From NCBI GenBank assembly GCA_001938485.1, contig MQRK01243288.1, forward strand, positions 1 to 64,000: a stretch of 64,000 nucleotides of DNA, given 5' to 3'. The DNA is from Girardia tigrina (Eukaryota). Below the pieces are notes generated by a model. The model saw only the letters and a list, made by a program, of their open reading frames with translations, did no database searches and had not been told where the DNA came from. The position numbers and the translations under genes were made by a program. Positions 52,620-64,000 of this stretch are shown one piece after another (position 1 is the first letter of the stretch; each line of letters begins with the position of its first letter).

Positions 52620-53000
52620 ATTTTTCTACACGTGTGGTTGTAATTGAATCTCTCTCCTGGGAAGGCACAAATCGGCGGAGACGTTGAAACAAGAGTCCAG
52701 CTTTCTCCGACGTACCACCGGTCAAACAGCGATGAATCTGCCGAAATAAACTCTAAAACACACAGACCGGAGGAAGGACAACATCGAGGGAAGATGACGC
52801 TGTGAATTTGAAACGCGATCAGCCATCCGACTGGATCATATTCGGCGCGGTGTTCCCGAAATACGAAAAAATCAGATCAATAAACGCACATTAACAACGG
52901 AAAAATTATATTTAATACCACCACGCAATTTCGACACATCAAAAACGAAAATCACAACGTAACGGACAATACTATTCATACAGTTCATGATCATCAACAA
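52620..53000. promoter_or_regulatory. CpG/GC-rich non-coding island
   Basis: Markedly GC-richer than its flanks, with no long ORF and no TE motif that I recognise. Confidence 0.3.
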
Positions 53001-54238
53001 TCCAGAGTATTTTCATTTTGATTTGTCTCTCTCCTCCATTTTTTTCATTTAGTTTAGTTAAACAAACTTTGCTATTTTTTTTAAACGCGGTTGTTGATGT
53101 ATCTTTAGATCGAAATATTCTCATCCAATATAGTTAGTCAATTATTTTTTTGTGGGAAGAAAAAAATTGTTTTGTCTTTTTATTTAATTAATTTCTAGAA
53201 TCAGCATGTTTCTTTTTTATTTCGTCTTCATTAAAATTTGGGAATCGGACACCAATACTTAATTAATGTTCATAATATCTGCCAAATTATATTTATTAAA
53301 AACAATTGTGTATTTTATTTTCCATACAAATTTATGAAAGTTTTAATGAAATTTCAATACATTAATTTATTTGATAGCAATAAAATATAATTTGGCAAAT
53401 ATTTTTGGGAGAGACAACATACAACAATATTCAATGCATCATACCAACAAAAATCCATCATAGTCTTCATAATTTTGTATTACTGAGGCCAATTTTGAAT
53501 GATCTTATTAAAAATGTCTTCCATATTATTTAATTATTTGCCACTTGAAAACGAATCAACATTTTACATATTGATTAACTGAAATTTTTTTTTAATGAAA
53601 TCAATAAAATTAATTTAATTATGTTAATTGGAAATCTTTGCTTGAATAATTATTTTAAAACGATTCATTCTAAAATCTTAACAATTTAGTTTGATGTCAA
53701 CAGGCGAAAGTTTTGTTGAAAATTGCCTTAGAGATAATTCTAATTGTGATAGTAATAAAGGTGACAACTATATCAGTGTTCTTAAAAAGATAAATAAAAC
53801 AGTACTTTGAAATTCTTTTAAAATTAGATCGTTTTGATTTTTCTTCTAGCTTTCGTATATTTAAAAAAGAGAATAAATTCCAACGACCAATTTATTTTAC
53901 AATAATTAATTATTATCATGTCAGTTGATATTATCTGACTGTCAACCATCCAGCGAGTAATTATTTCCCTTGATCCATATAAATATCCAGTTAAACACAT
54001 CCCCGGTTCAAAAAAAATGATTTATCCTTCGACAATCACTTTTGCTGTTAATCGGTATAATATTATAGATATTTCTTCCTTATGATTGATAGGATATAAA
54101 ATGGATAAGTTAATTTGTTAATCAATAATTTAAACAAAAGTTTTTAAAGTACACTTATTATAAATTTTTATATATAAACAAAGTATTTAACACTTTACTT
54201 TCCTTATGTATTCTAATTTATATAAAAAGCAAATAAAT

Positions 54239-54282
<44 letters not shown>

Positions 54283-55024
54283 TTTTCCTTTTCCAGTTCT
54301 CACTGGAGGAGCTTACGCTACGCGACGCTACAGTGAGTATAAAAGAGGATTGTTATATAATAATAATTACTATAATAAATTATGAATTAAAAAATCGATA
54401 TAATTATGAAGATAATAACTTAAAACCTGAGAGAATAATTAATAACTATATATTTATAAATTAAAATACATACAATTATTTATATCAATATCATATTATA
54501 TCAAAGGATCCTGAATATATAAAAACTCCTGAGATTGTTTAAATCAATCAGTGTAATTAAATTTAGACGCGCATTATTTGATTGTGTCATAAAAATGAAC
54601 GTTTATCTATTTTTATGGATTTTTAATATGGAAAATTTTTATAAAACCAATTATTACTAAATTTTCTAAAATGTAATATTGAAATTTCTTTCATTGGAAA
54701 GAAGACAACGAAATCCTTTACATTAATCCTTTAAGAAACTGAATTTCGAAAAATAATCTTAACCATCCGCAATAAATATTATTTTCCCGTTGACTGAAAA
54801 TTTGACTTTGCGTCGTTTAACGTCAAACCACGAATTTTATTTATCTAATGAAATACCATGATACCTCGTAAACCGATATCAATACATCTGATAAAATAAT
54901 TCCATCCATTCACTTTGTTAATAAAATAAAAGAGGACATCCATTCAAAAGAAGATCCTTCCACAAAATCAAGCAGTAGCTTCAAATTTTCTTACGTTCAG
55001 TATCACAAATAAATACTTAAATTA

Positions 55025-55141
55025 CCGTAAAGTCCGGCCTATAAGACACATTTTCATTATTAAAATTTGATAAAAGTTATTGAAATTATACATTTTTTGC
55101 ATTAAAATTTAAGAAGGGCTCTTGTAGATCGAACTTAACGG
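55025..55141. mobile_element. pogo/Tc2-type MITE (117 bp)
   Basis: TA-CCGTAAAGTCCGGCCTATAAG ... CTTGTAGATCGAACTTAACGG-TA, imperfect TIRs. Confidence 0.6.
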
Positions 55142-56989
55142 TAATTTCCGTCCAGTGCTTGTTTATTTTACTCAATGGACCTTTTAGTGATCAGTTAAAT
55201 ACTTCTTTTCGTCTTTCAGTTTCATCGTTTATTATAAATATTTATTCAGTAATAAAAACTTATTATATTCAATTATTATTTATATTGAAGTCAGCTTACA
55301 AATTAAGCAGTTCTTGTCAGTTCACAAAACAAATACCATGTATATAAAAATAATGGCAAACTTTTGTGTGAAGGAAAAGTAATTGTAAAGAGTTGTGCGG
55401 TAAACGTTCTTTGAATTTATCGTTCTAAACTGTTAATGCTTCTTTTTATTGTAATTTTTTTGTTTTCTTTCTAAAAATTAATAACACAGACAAATAAAAT
55501 TCTTTCCAAAAAAGATTTCATCATAAAACATCCTGTTTCTTCTTTTTTATACTTAATTATTACCAAATATTATTATCCTTAGCCATCTAAATTCAAATTT
55601 AAACGTTTTGAAGTCGAGAAAGAATAATTTTTTAATATTAACATTATAAAATCATGGAATATTTTATAAGAAAAATATTACTGAAGGCTTTTGTGCTATA
55701 GCCTTTCGACCATTATTTGATATGCATTTTGTTCTGGACCAAATAGTTGTGGCCGACTGACCGGGCTTATAATTTTATTTATACCCCTTTATAAGTCTTT
55801 TAAGCTGTAATTGTTAAAAAGATATTTTAGAAAAACATGTATCAAATGGGATGTAAATTTTTCGAAATTTTTCATAAAAGTTTACTGCTCCCTTTTGTAT
55901 CAAAATTTTAAAATTGGCAATTTGTAAATTAATTTTATTATTAACAACAGCAACCTCAAATGTTTACATATATTTTAAGTCAATATGTTTCGAGGGATTA
56001 ATGTCATCATCAGATCAATGACTTCTCAAATGTGTTAGGGTTTCGAAAAATACATATGAACACTTTTGACAAAATTTTATGTAGAAAAAATTTAAAATAA
56101 TTCTTTTGGTAAAATTATTAATATTTAGTTTAACAAAATTTGGAATTGAAAATTAAAAATATTTTTGTCTTTGTTTTATTTGATCAATTTTCAAGGCTGA
56201 TGAAAACCACTATATAAACTGCAGCAAATTTAGTTTAGTTTGCCCAAAAAATTTCTTTTAACGACTAAACAAAAAAGAGAGTCAAGTAAAATTACTAAGT
56301 GTTCTTTAATATATTTTTGTTAATTTGTATTAAACTATAATTATCCCATATGGGAGAAAAAGGTTTCAATTAATTTTAAAATTATCGTTCGTTTTGGAGA
56401 TTCACAGTTTTTACTGTGATATATTAACTCGCACGAAATATTGATTGGTGTTTGTGTTCTGTCATCAAAGAATTGAATTCCTCTTATTTCCGACGTGTTA
56501 ATTTTTGTTATTTGAAAATAAAGTTTCATAAAAGAATTTGTGTTTATTATTTATATATTTATGTTGGAAGTCCTTACTGATTAATTGGGGTCAGATTAAC
56601 GATTAAAGATTAAAAAATTGTGTTTTAAAAAGTAAATATTTAAGATTAAAGATTTTAGTACCCAACAAAGGATTACCCTGTATGTAAATATATATTCAAA
56701 AGGAGGCTTATCTAATCAATTACATAACATAATGTTATTTAACTGTTCCCAGTAAGCTCTTTACATCTTTTGGTGCTCCAGTCGATATCACCAAAAATGT
56801 CCTACGAAAATTACAAAAAATTAACAACACAAAAAATTGTTTAAACGTGTAAAATGTTCACTTTTTGAAATAATTGATTGACTGCAAATAAAATATACGT
56901 TGCATTGCCTTTGCTTTTTACTTGCGTTCTATCTTCTTTTTTGTGCAAACTATAAAACAATGAAAAACGTATGATACGTCAAAAAAAGA

Positions 56990-57300
56990 ACGAGTTTCCA
57001 CATTGTAAATGACTGTCAAAAACTCATCCACTTGGCTGTCAAGCAGAGTTGCGTCTTCTGAGCGGACAGCACGAATGCGTCAAACGTCAGATTACGAACT
57101 GTCAGTCACACCGGACAAACCGCCATCCCTGGCAGGACCGACCGGTGCAATGTCCACGATTCTGGATGGGAGTCTCGTGGAAGTATAGAGGCTTTCTGGT
57201 ATCGGCAGAATGTCCGACCGAGATTCTCGGGTAACAGTTTCTCCCACAGTCAAGTGGTCATGAGCGTGGAAATTCCAAACAGGCGCTCCAACTGCAAATC
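56990..57300. promoter_or_regulatory. Candidate enhancer with MEIS- and NK2-type motifs
   Basis: GC-rich island. CTGTCA at 57013, 57036 and 57099; CACTTG at 57029; TCAAGTG at 57250. Confidence 0.35.
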
Positions 57301-58599
57301 TAAATGTGGTTTTTACAGTTTAAAAAGAAAAGAGAGTACTCATACCTTTTCTGAATTTTTTTGCGAACTTAAATATAAAAGAAACATGATAAAAGGCTTA
57401 ATTTCTCGTTGTTCTAAGACTTCTGAAATGCATTGAAAGTATTAATAAACTAAGTTTTCTTTTAAACCATATTAGTTATTCTAAATCCTTTCTAGATAAA
57501 CTAATAAAAAACAACGAATAAGATATTTTTGAAAGATTATTCTAAAGATCAGAGTTTTGTTTCTCCAGGTGATTCTACAAAAATATTGAAGTTACATTAG
57601 ATATAAATAATATACCGAAATAATATCTAATAATACCTGGATTCTGTTTCTGAAAAGCAATTAATGAAAAAAAGTTTGTTTATTTATTTAATTAAAATAT
57701 TCTTTATATAAAATTTTCATTTTAAAATTATCAGTTATCATTATTGGTTATTATTTGATTATTATTTATTATTAATATTACGAAAAATCTAACTTCAATA
57801 ATTTTAATATCCATTTAATAATAAAAAATAAAGTTTTTTTTTAAAAAAATATTTTTTTCAAAAATAAAATTATAAAAATCAATGTAATACAATGTAATAA
57901 TGTATTGATAAAAATAATTTCTAAAAATATTTATTAATTTTTCTTTCATATGATTTAATTAAATTAATATTTTTTTTTCGTTTTTCATAAATCATATTTT
58001 GAAGAAGACAAAAAAAACAAATTCGTAATAAATTTATATAAATCACAATCTCAAATATGAGAAAAAAGAAAAAAAAATCAATAAAAAAGAAAGATTTTAT
58101 TGTTTAAATTGTATATATATATATATATAAAACAACAAAAAATATTACTGTCATGTCTAATATTTATGACATAAATGATTTATTAATTAAAAAATAAAAT
58201 CGATTTTTGATTAATTTAAATTTTAAAAGAAAAAAAATTAATATTTTATTACAAATAAAAAAAATAATTAATGCTCAATTTCTCCAATTCTTCCACACAT
58301 TCATTTTCTTTCTCTTTTCTTTTAATTTTAAAAAACAAAAATCTGTAATTTTATTTTATTAAATTAATCAATATTCGTTCGAAATCTTTTTCTAAATAGA
58401 TAAATATTTACAGTGACAGCTACCATCATATTCCTACTCATTTATCCGTAAAGATTACAAAAAAAAACATTTTATCTTTCTAGTGAAAGTTAATATTGGC
58501 TCCTAGAATTCAGTCGGCATCAGCTTTTGATAATTTAGGAATGGAAACAAAACTCCATTGACAAATTATTAATGAAATCTGATTTATAGACCACATTAT

Positions 58600-59350
58600 C
58601 CGCTATATTTATGTGTGAATGAAGTAATCTGTCAAAGCGGCAGCTAGTGCATTGAAAATATTCTCTCTGCCTCTCTCAGCCTCTCTCGGTCTTCATCTCT
58701 CTCTCTCTCGTTCACACCGCCTCACATCATATGCACCGCACACTCGCATCCACACACACACGCACACCGACACCAACTCCAACACCGCCGAATGACATAG
58801 ACGTCAATTCTTGACGATGCTAATGTTGATGCAGTAAAATGCTGATTGACACGCATGCAGAACAAATGATTGATTACTACCGATATCAGCTGATAAGCCA
58901 GGTTTATTAGACGCGCCGGTATACATCAAAATAAATTGTATGAAAATTGAATTCTCTACATCGGGTATTTGTGATGACAGACTTAATTGTGGGTAAATCA
59001 ACCAGTTTCACTTTGATGTCTGGATGAAGGAGACGTCGTTATGGCCGACTATGTGTTTTTTTTTCGTTGTTGTTGTTGTTAGAAGCGTGTTGGTGTTAGT
59101 GTGTAATATTGGACGCAGGGGTGTCAATGTATATTTGATGGACATGCAGTCAAGTGCCGAGAATTCGCTGCAAGATTGGGTGTAGCATACAATAAATATT
59201 GAATGATTGTCTGATACAGTCAATCACATTTGGACAGCTGGAGGGGTGGGCAGGCCGCCGTGTTCATATAACACTGATTTCAGTAGTTTGGATTCATCAC
59301 GGAATGTGAATAATGAGCACAGATCAATGGATAATGTGACCTATCTGACT
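58600..59350. promoter_or_regulatory. Candidate developmental enhancer or promoter (PBX/MEIS/Hox/TCF motif cluster)
   Basis: TGATTGACA 58843, TGATTGAT 58867, TGACAG 58975, CTTTGATGT 59011, TTATGGCC 59039, CAGCTG 58887 and 59235. CT and CA tracts upstream. Confidence 0.45.
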
Positions 59351-59899
59351 ACATTGATTTGTTAATTTGTCTCAGAAAATCAATATATTTTTCTACTGAA
59401 ATATATTTATAAAGAATTATTAATATTTATTTTTATTCATCAATTTTTTTCCCAATTTCAATTTTTGAAATTTAATTTTCGTTATTTTTTTATTATTCTT
59501 AAGAATTAATAAATATTCTGTACTCTATTTATTCATTTATTAATTATAAATATGTATATGACAATAAATGATTATGTGAAAAATTTATTAAACAAGTAAA
59601 TCAAAAAAAACGTTTTACGATTATCCACAAATGTTTAAACTGTATAAAATAGAAATGTTTTGGTTTTTCCATGATTTATTTTAGCTTACTTTCTATACAT
59701 AATAAATCTAAATATTGTGTTTTTTATGTTTACTTAACGTGAAACATCGCTCAAGTGGTCCTTGTGAAATATATCTAGAGTACTGTCAAAAATATGCAAA
59801 AATACTTGCTTTCCTCCACCTGTTCTATGATTTTCTTTCTCATTTGCTATGCTGAAATGCTCACAAATAAACTTTTGAACTTCTAGTGACAAGGTTCTT

Positions 59900-60700
59900 T
59901 CCCAGCTAAACTTTTACCAAATGTTTACAGAAAACAGGATCATACTTAGCCAGTAAATGAACCAATTCCCAAAAAAATGATATCTTCTTAGTTGTTTTTT
60001 TTTCAGTTCTTGACAAAAGACAAAAATGTTCACAAGTTTTTCTTCATTAACTAACCTCAAAATACTGGTAGGTATTCATTAACTCTATACAAGTTTGCAT
60101 ATTCAAACTCGCCAATATATATGCAGATTGATTCACAATTTCGGAATGACAATTTATTCATCAAGCGAGATCGTACACTGTCCCTGTAAAGTGCAGACCC
60201 GTTTTTCATATTCACATCTCATGTCGACGTTGATGCTCTGATGAAGAGACAATTGCTTATGTATTGGTTTATTGCAAGTCATTGAATAACTGCTGGAAAG
60301 CCCGACATAATGCAGTGCTTCATATCGTCGCTACTGAAATCAGAGAACATTCAGAAGAACATTCTATATATGAATAATATATGTCGATATGGGCCTGCTA
60401 CTGAAATTTTTAATCTTTAAATATTTTTTGAATTCACAAATACATTACTTCTAATTGATTTCAAGTGCTCTGATGACACTATGCACAATCTACAGGACTT
60501 TGGTGGCAAAAATGTGAACAAGTATTTCCCGAAACTACTTAAAATCAAAGAATACCAAGGATATTATGTTGTACTGGATACCTTCATTGTTGGTACTCTC
60601 GGTGCATGGTAGACAAATATGCGAGGATATCCTCGCAAATTTACATTTAGGTTTTTAGATCGAAGTTGACTGTTAATGCATGTGTGTAGTCTACTCGGCT
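59900..60700 (+). mobile_element. Degenerate NeSL/R5/Utopia-like non-LTR 3' fragment (CCHC finger and restriction-like endonuclease)
   Basis: QFIHQARSYTVPV, SCRR*CSDEETIAYVLVYC...ARHNAVL, and GYYVVLDTFIVGTLGAW. Confidence 0.8.
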
Positions 60701-62097
60701 TTTCAGGATCCCTGTGAACATTGAAATGCACACTACTTTGAAGACGTGTTACACGACCCGAAAACTATATTAGATATCCTTCAAGAAGAGTCAATTTTTG
60801 ATGAGTCTGACTCTGGCATTGCTTTTGGAGAGAATCCACAGGATTTGGTAGTTCTCAGTTGAGAATACTGAGGATCCATATTAGGATGTGAGAAAATACT
60901 TATCAATGAATGGTTGAATTTAGATTGAAGGGCCCCACACAAGTGTGTTCACTTATGCTGATACTGCTATGTATGACAGAGGTATTCAGTTAGATCTTAG
61001 ATTCTATAACTCAGTTTGCTTGGCACAGTAATTGCTATCTCCAGTGTTTCCCCTTGGAATTCAGAAAAAGATGACCACTTGCAATTATGGGCCTAAGAGT
61101 ATATCTTCGGCTTTTCTGCTCTGCGAAGTTCCAGCTAGGAGCCTTTCACCCTCTTTTTTTGTCTTTAGAAATTGTGCCACAAAGCACTGAAACTCAATTG
61201 TGAAACAATCTTGTGTTTATAATGAACAATCACATTCTCCGTAAAATTATGAAATCATACTAACAAGCCCTGATTTTGGGTTAGTTTAAATTTCTGTTTC
61301 AGAAACTTAAATAGAACATCCGAAAAGTTTATTTTTAAAATGAAAAATAATAACACGATATTGAACTTCTGCTAAAACAATAACTAAAACTAAACTCACG
61401 TTTTTAATTTTCATAATCACAATTATCATCGAGTTTACATTTGATGTTTGGACTCATATGTTTGAGAGAATTAAAAACACGATGTAGTGACCACTTTTAA
61501 AATTTAAATTAATAAAATCATAATTATCTAAATAAAAAAAATAAATCATTTTTTCCACTGAATAAATCTTAATGTTTATCAAAAATTCTCATTTTTGTAA
61601 ATTTCTTAACTTAATTCTTAAATTTCTTAATCTTTTTTCTTATCAACAAAAGTCCTACTAAGGAACTTATTTTTTCTAAATAATTGACAGTGTGTAAATG
61701 AAAAGTGAATCGAAAACATTAGAACATTGAAAAAAAAACTTTCTTAATTTAAATAAAAAATGTCGAATTGAAAATTATAATTATTTAAAAATTCACAATA
61801 AAATTTTGCGATTATTTGAAATTTGATTTTTATTTTCCTTTTCATTTAAGAATGAAATTTTTCTGATAGAAATTTCATTTAGTATTTTTTGAATTAATTA
61901 TTGATTCTTGAAAGTTCTCTTCTTATAATTTCTGAATCCGTGATTGAAACCATCCCGAATAAATGCAACAGGATTCATCTGGCTAAAACAAATCAGATGA
62001 GAACAAATCGAATAAACAATTGAACGTCAACGCGCCGGTCTTCGAACCGAAACAAAAGATAATCAATCCAAATTCGTCCGATTCGGTTGTTTAGTTC

Positions 62098-62419
62098 TTA
62101 TAATCTGAAGTTAATTTATTCAAATTTTTTATTATTGTAAATTTTAAATAATTTTATTGATTTTATTTTTGTAAATTTTAAATAATTAAAATCAAATTAA
62201 TGGTTAAAAATGATTATAAAAATAATTTAATTTTAGCAAAAAAATTTAAATTAAATATTTTAAATAAAATAATTTTCTTCAAGTTAGTTCAGATTGGGAT
62301 GAGAAGTGTAAAATCTTGAGTGATTAATTCAAATGAGAGAGATACTATTGATTGTCATAGAGATGATCAGAATTGTGAATGTAATAAATGTTCTGTCAAA
62401 TGTGTGAGTTCTCTTAGTA
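62098..62419 (+). mobile_element. 5'-truncated LTR of the 29820 subfamily
   Basis: Colinear with 29937-30282, through TAATAAATGTTCTGTCAAATGTGTGAGTT. Confidence 0.85.
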
Positions 62420-62429
62420 TTATTTGATT

Positions 62430-62701
62430 TTATTTAAATAAAAGACATAATTTAATCAATTTAAAAATTAGTTAAAAGTTATTTACTTTATTTAAATTTT
62501 TGATATTAAAATATTTTTAATATTTTAAAAGTTTTTAAATATCTTAAATATACAGAAATTTAAAATGCAAATTATACTCGAATAATTATTTATCGTGAAC
62601 ATCTAAAATATCAATTTTCCATCTGGGTGGGAGAAACACATTTCCAAATACTAAACTCAACATACAAAATTCAACATACCGAATTTAAAATATTCCTCAC
62701 A
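62430..62701 (-). mobile_element. 3' LTR of a Gypsy element, preceded by its polypurine tract
   Basis: Minus strand reads AATAATAAGGGGA|TGTGAGGAATATTTT directly downstream of the integrase. Similar to 63540-63690, the likely 5' LTR remnant. Confidence 0.8.
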
Positions 62702-62719
62702 TCCCCTTATTATTTCGCC

Positions 62720-63470
62720 ATTCCACATTCCTGATCAATATTCTACCATCATCTAATTGTATCTCGTAACTTCTTTCATGTCGTCGGTTCTTTATTGTGG
62801 TTGGGGCCATATATCAATCCTCATCCTTCGTTACGTTTTCTTTCTTTATAAGCACTTTATCTCCAATTCGGAATACTCGTTTAGTTTGTGTAGTGTTTTT
62901 ATTTATTTCCTTCTCGACATGTCTTTTTTCCAGTTGTTTTTCCACCAATGTTTTAGTTTCCTACCAAAAATTATTTCTGCTGGTGATATCCCTGTGGTTG
63001 CTTAAACTGTACTATTTAGCATAAACTTTATTTCTGGTAGGTTATCAGTCCAATCTTTGAGGACCTCGTCTTTTATTCGTATATTCATGGCATCTTCAAT
63101 TGTTCTTAATTGTCCACAATCTCATTGGTATTAGTATTTAGCCTTCCCATCAAACTCAAAACAATCCGAAATCTCATCGATGCAATTTGACTGAAATGCC
63201 TGACCAAATGGAAATCTTAGAGAACGTTGTGTTCCCGCAAATGTACCAGGTTTGACACTAGTGACACTCAAGGACTGTAATATACTATCTAAGCTTTAAA
63301 TCTATTCAGTGTTTCTTTGAAAAGTTCTGACTCGAATGTTTTTCCTCTATCGACATGGATTTCTTTTGGTGGTCCGTATTTCCTAATCCCTTTGTCTACA
63401 CGTACGGTTTTCTCGTCTTGATGAACTACTGCGTTCACACTGATGTATCTGCTGAATTGATCGATATTGA
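62720..63470 (-). pseudogene. Gypsy/Ty3 integrase remnant
   Basis: IDQFSRYI..KYGPPKEIHVDRGKTFES..YYSP, then LRTIED..DWTDNLPEIKFMLNST..TTGISPAEIIFGRK. Stops and an internal insertion. Confidence 0.88.
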
Positions 63471-63749
63471 TAATTTTTTATTTTCTGTTAAAACGGACAT
63501 ATTTTACTTCTAACTCAATCAACAAAAATTATAACATATTTTAAAAGAATATAATTGACTTAAATTAAAAACTTTTAATTAATATATTAAAATATTATGT
63601 ATTATTATTTAAAGTTTTTAAATATCTTATACTGAAATTTAAAATGTAAATTATGCTCGAATAACTATTTTTCGTGTGATAATTTAAACATGTTCAGAGT
63701 TACCCTAACAATTTTAAATAGATTTACTTAGCAAATTTTTAAATGTATA

Positions 63750-64000
63750 TCATTGTGTGTAAATTTGTTGATGTCTCCCATAAAAGTTTTTTGCTTCCTT
63801 ATTGGTTTTGATACAACATTTATTCCAATCCCTAACTCGCATTGATTCGAGTGACTTACATCTACTGAGAGCGACATACGCTTGACCACATTCAAAAGCA
63901 TTGGAGAGGTAAAGATCCACACAATCAATAGTCATTCCTTGACTTTTGTGAATGGAAATTGCGTATGCTAGTTTAAGAGGTATTTGAATTCTCTTAATGT
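63750..64000 (-). CDS. PIF1: PIF1-family 5'-3' DNA helicase, C-terminal part (continues beyond the window)
   Basis: Open frame [53 protein letters not shown]...KNFY contains SF1B motifs V and VI in the cellular PIF1 form. Confidence 0.88.
   Translation of the reverse strand, partial: IKRIQIPLKLAYAISIHKSQGMTIDCVDLYLSNAFECGQAYVALSRCKSLESMRVRDWNKCCIKTNKEAKNFYGRHQQIYTQ

Noticed and set aside
53200-53470. Possible further LTR copy (GGGAGAGACAAC..CA-rich tract)
   Set aside because: Too degenerate; no CAGATGG, termini or TSD.
55981-56020. Minus-strand CTGATGA...GAAAC with hammerhead-like spacing
   Set aside because: Stems I, II and III do not pair; possibly a decayed relic, but not callable.
1-64000. 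CRISPR arrays, rRNA, intact tRNA, known miRNA hairpins, prokaryotic operons
   Set aside because: No regularly spaced repeat-spacer units or recognisable RNA genes were seen by eye. The remaining short ORFs are F/I/L/K-rich, as expected by chance in AT-rich DNA.

Overview
A very AT-rich eukaryotic window, almost entirely non-coding and dense with transposon remains. The repeat mix resembles a triclad flatworm or similar invertebrate, but the organism cannot be proven from the sequence. The only apparently intact protein-coding sequence is the 3' end of a cellular-type PIF1 helicase at the right edge (minus strand). The rest is nested, mostly dead mobile DNA. It includes IS630/Tc1/mariner elements of three catalytic spacings (DD37E, DD34D, DD35E), a MULE remnant, piggyBac- and pogo-type MITEs, and a DINE-1/Helentron-like repeat with a tandem dimer. 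It also includes NeSL/Utopia-like non-LTR remnants, a Gypsy integrase remnant with many related solo LTRs, and several Penelope-like elements (PLEs). Five minimal type-I hammerhead ribozyme motifs can be read directly at PLE termini. The solo LTRs share one invariant CAGATGG motif, and several end in non-canonical TG...TA. Between the repeats lie GC-richer, ORF-free islands with clustered TCF, PBX/MEIS and Hox-type motifs that look like cis-regulatory modules. I found no wholly new protein-coding system. Boundaries of degenerate remnants are approximate, and family assignments come from recalled motifs, not database searches.
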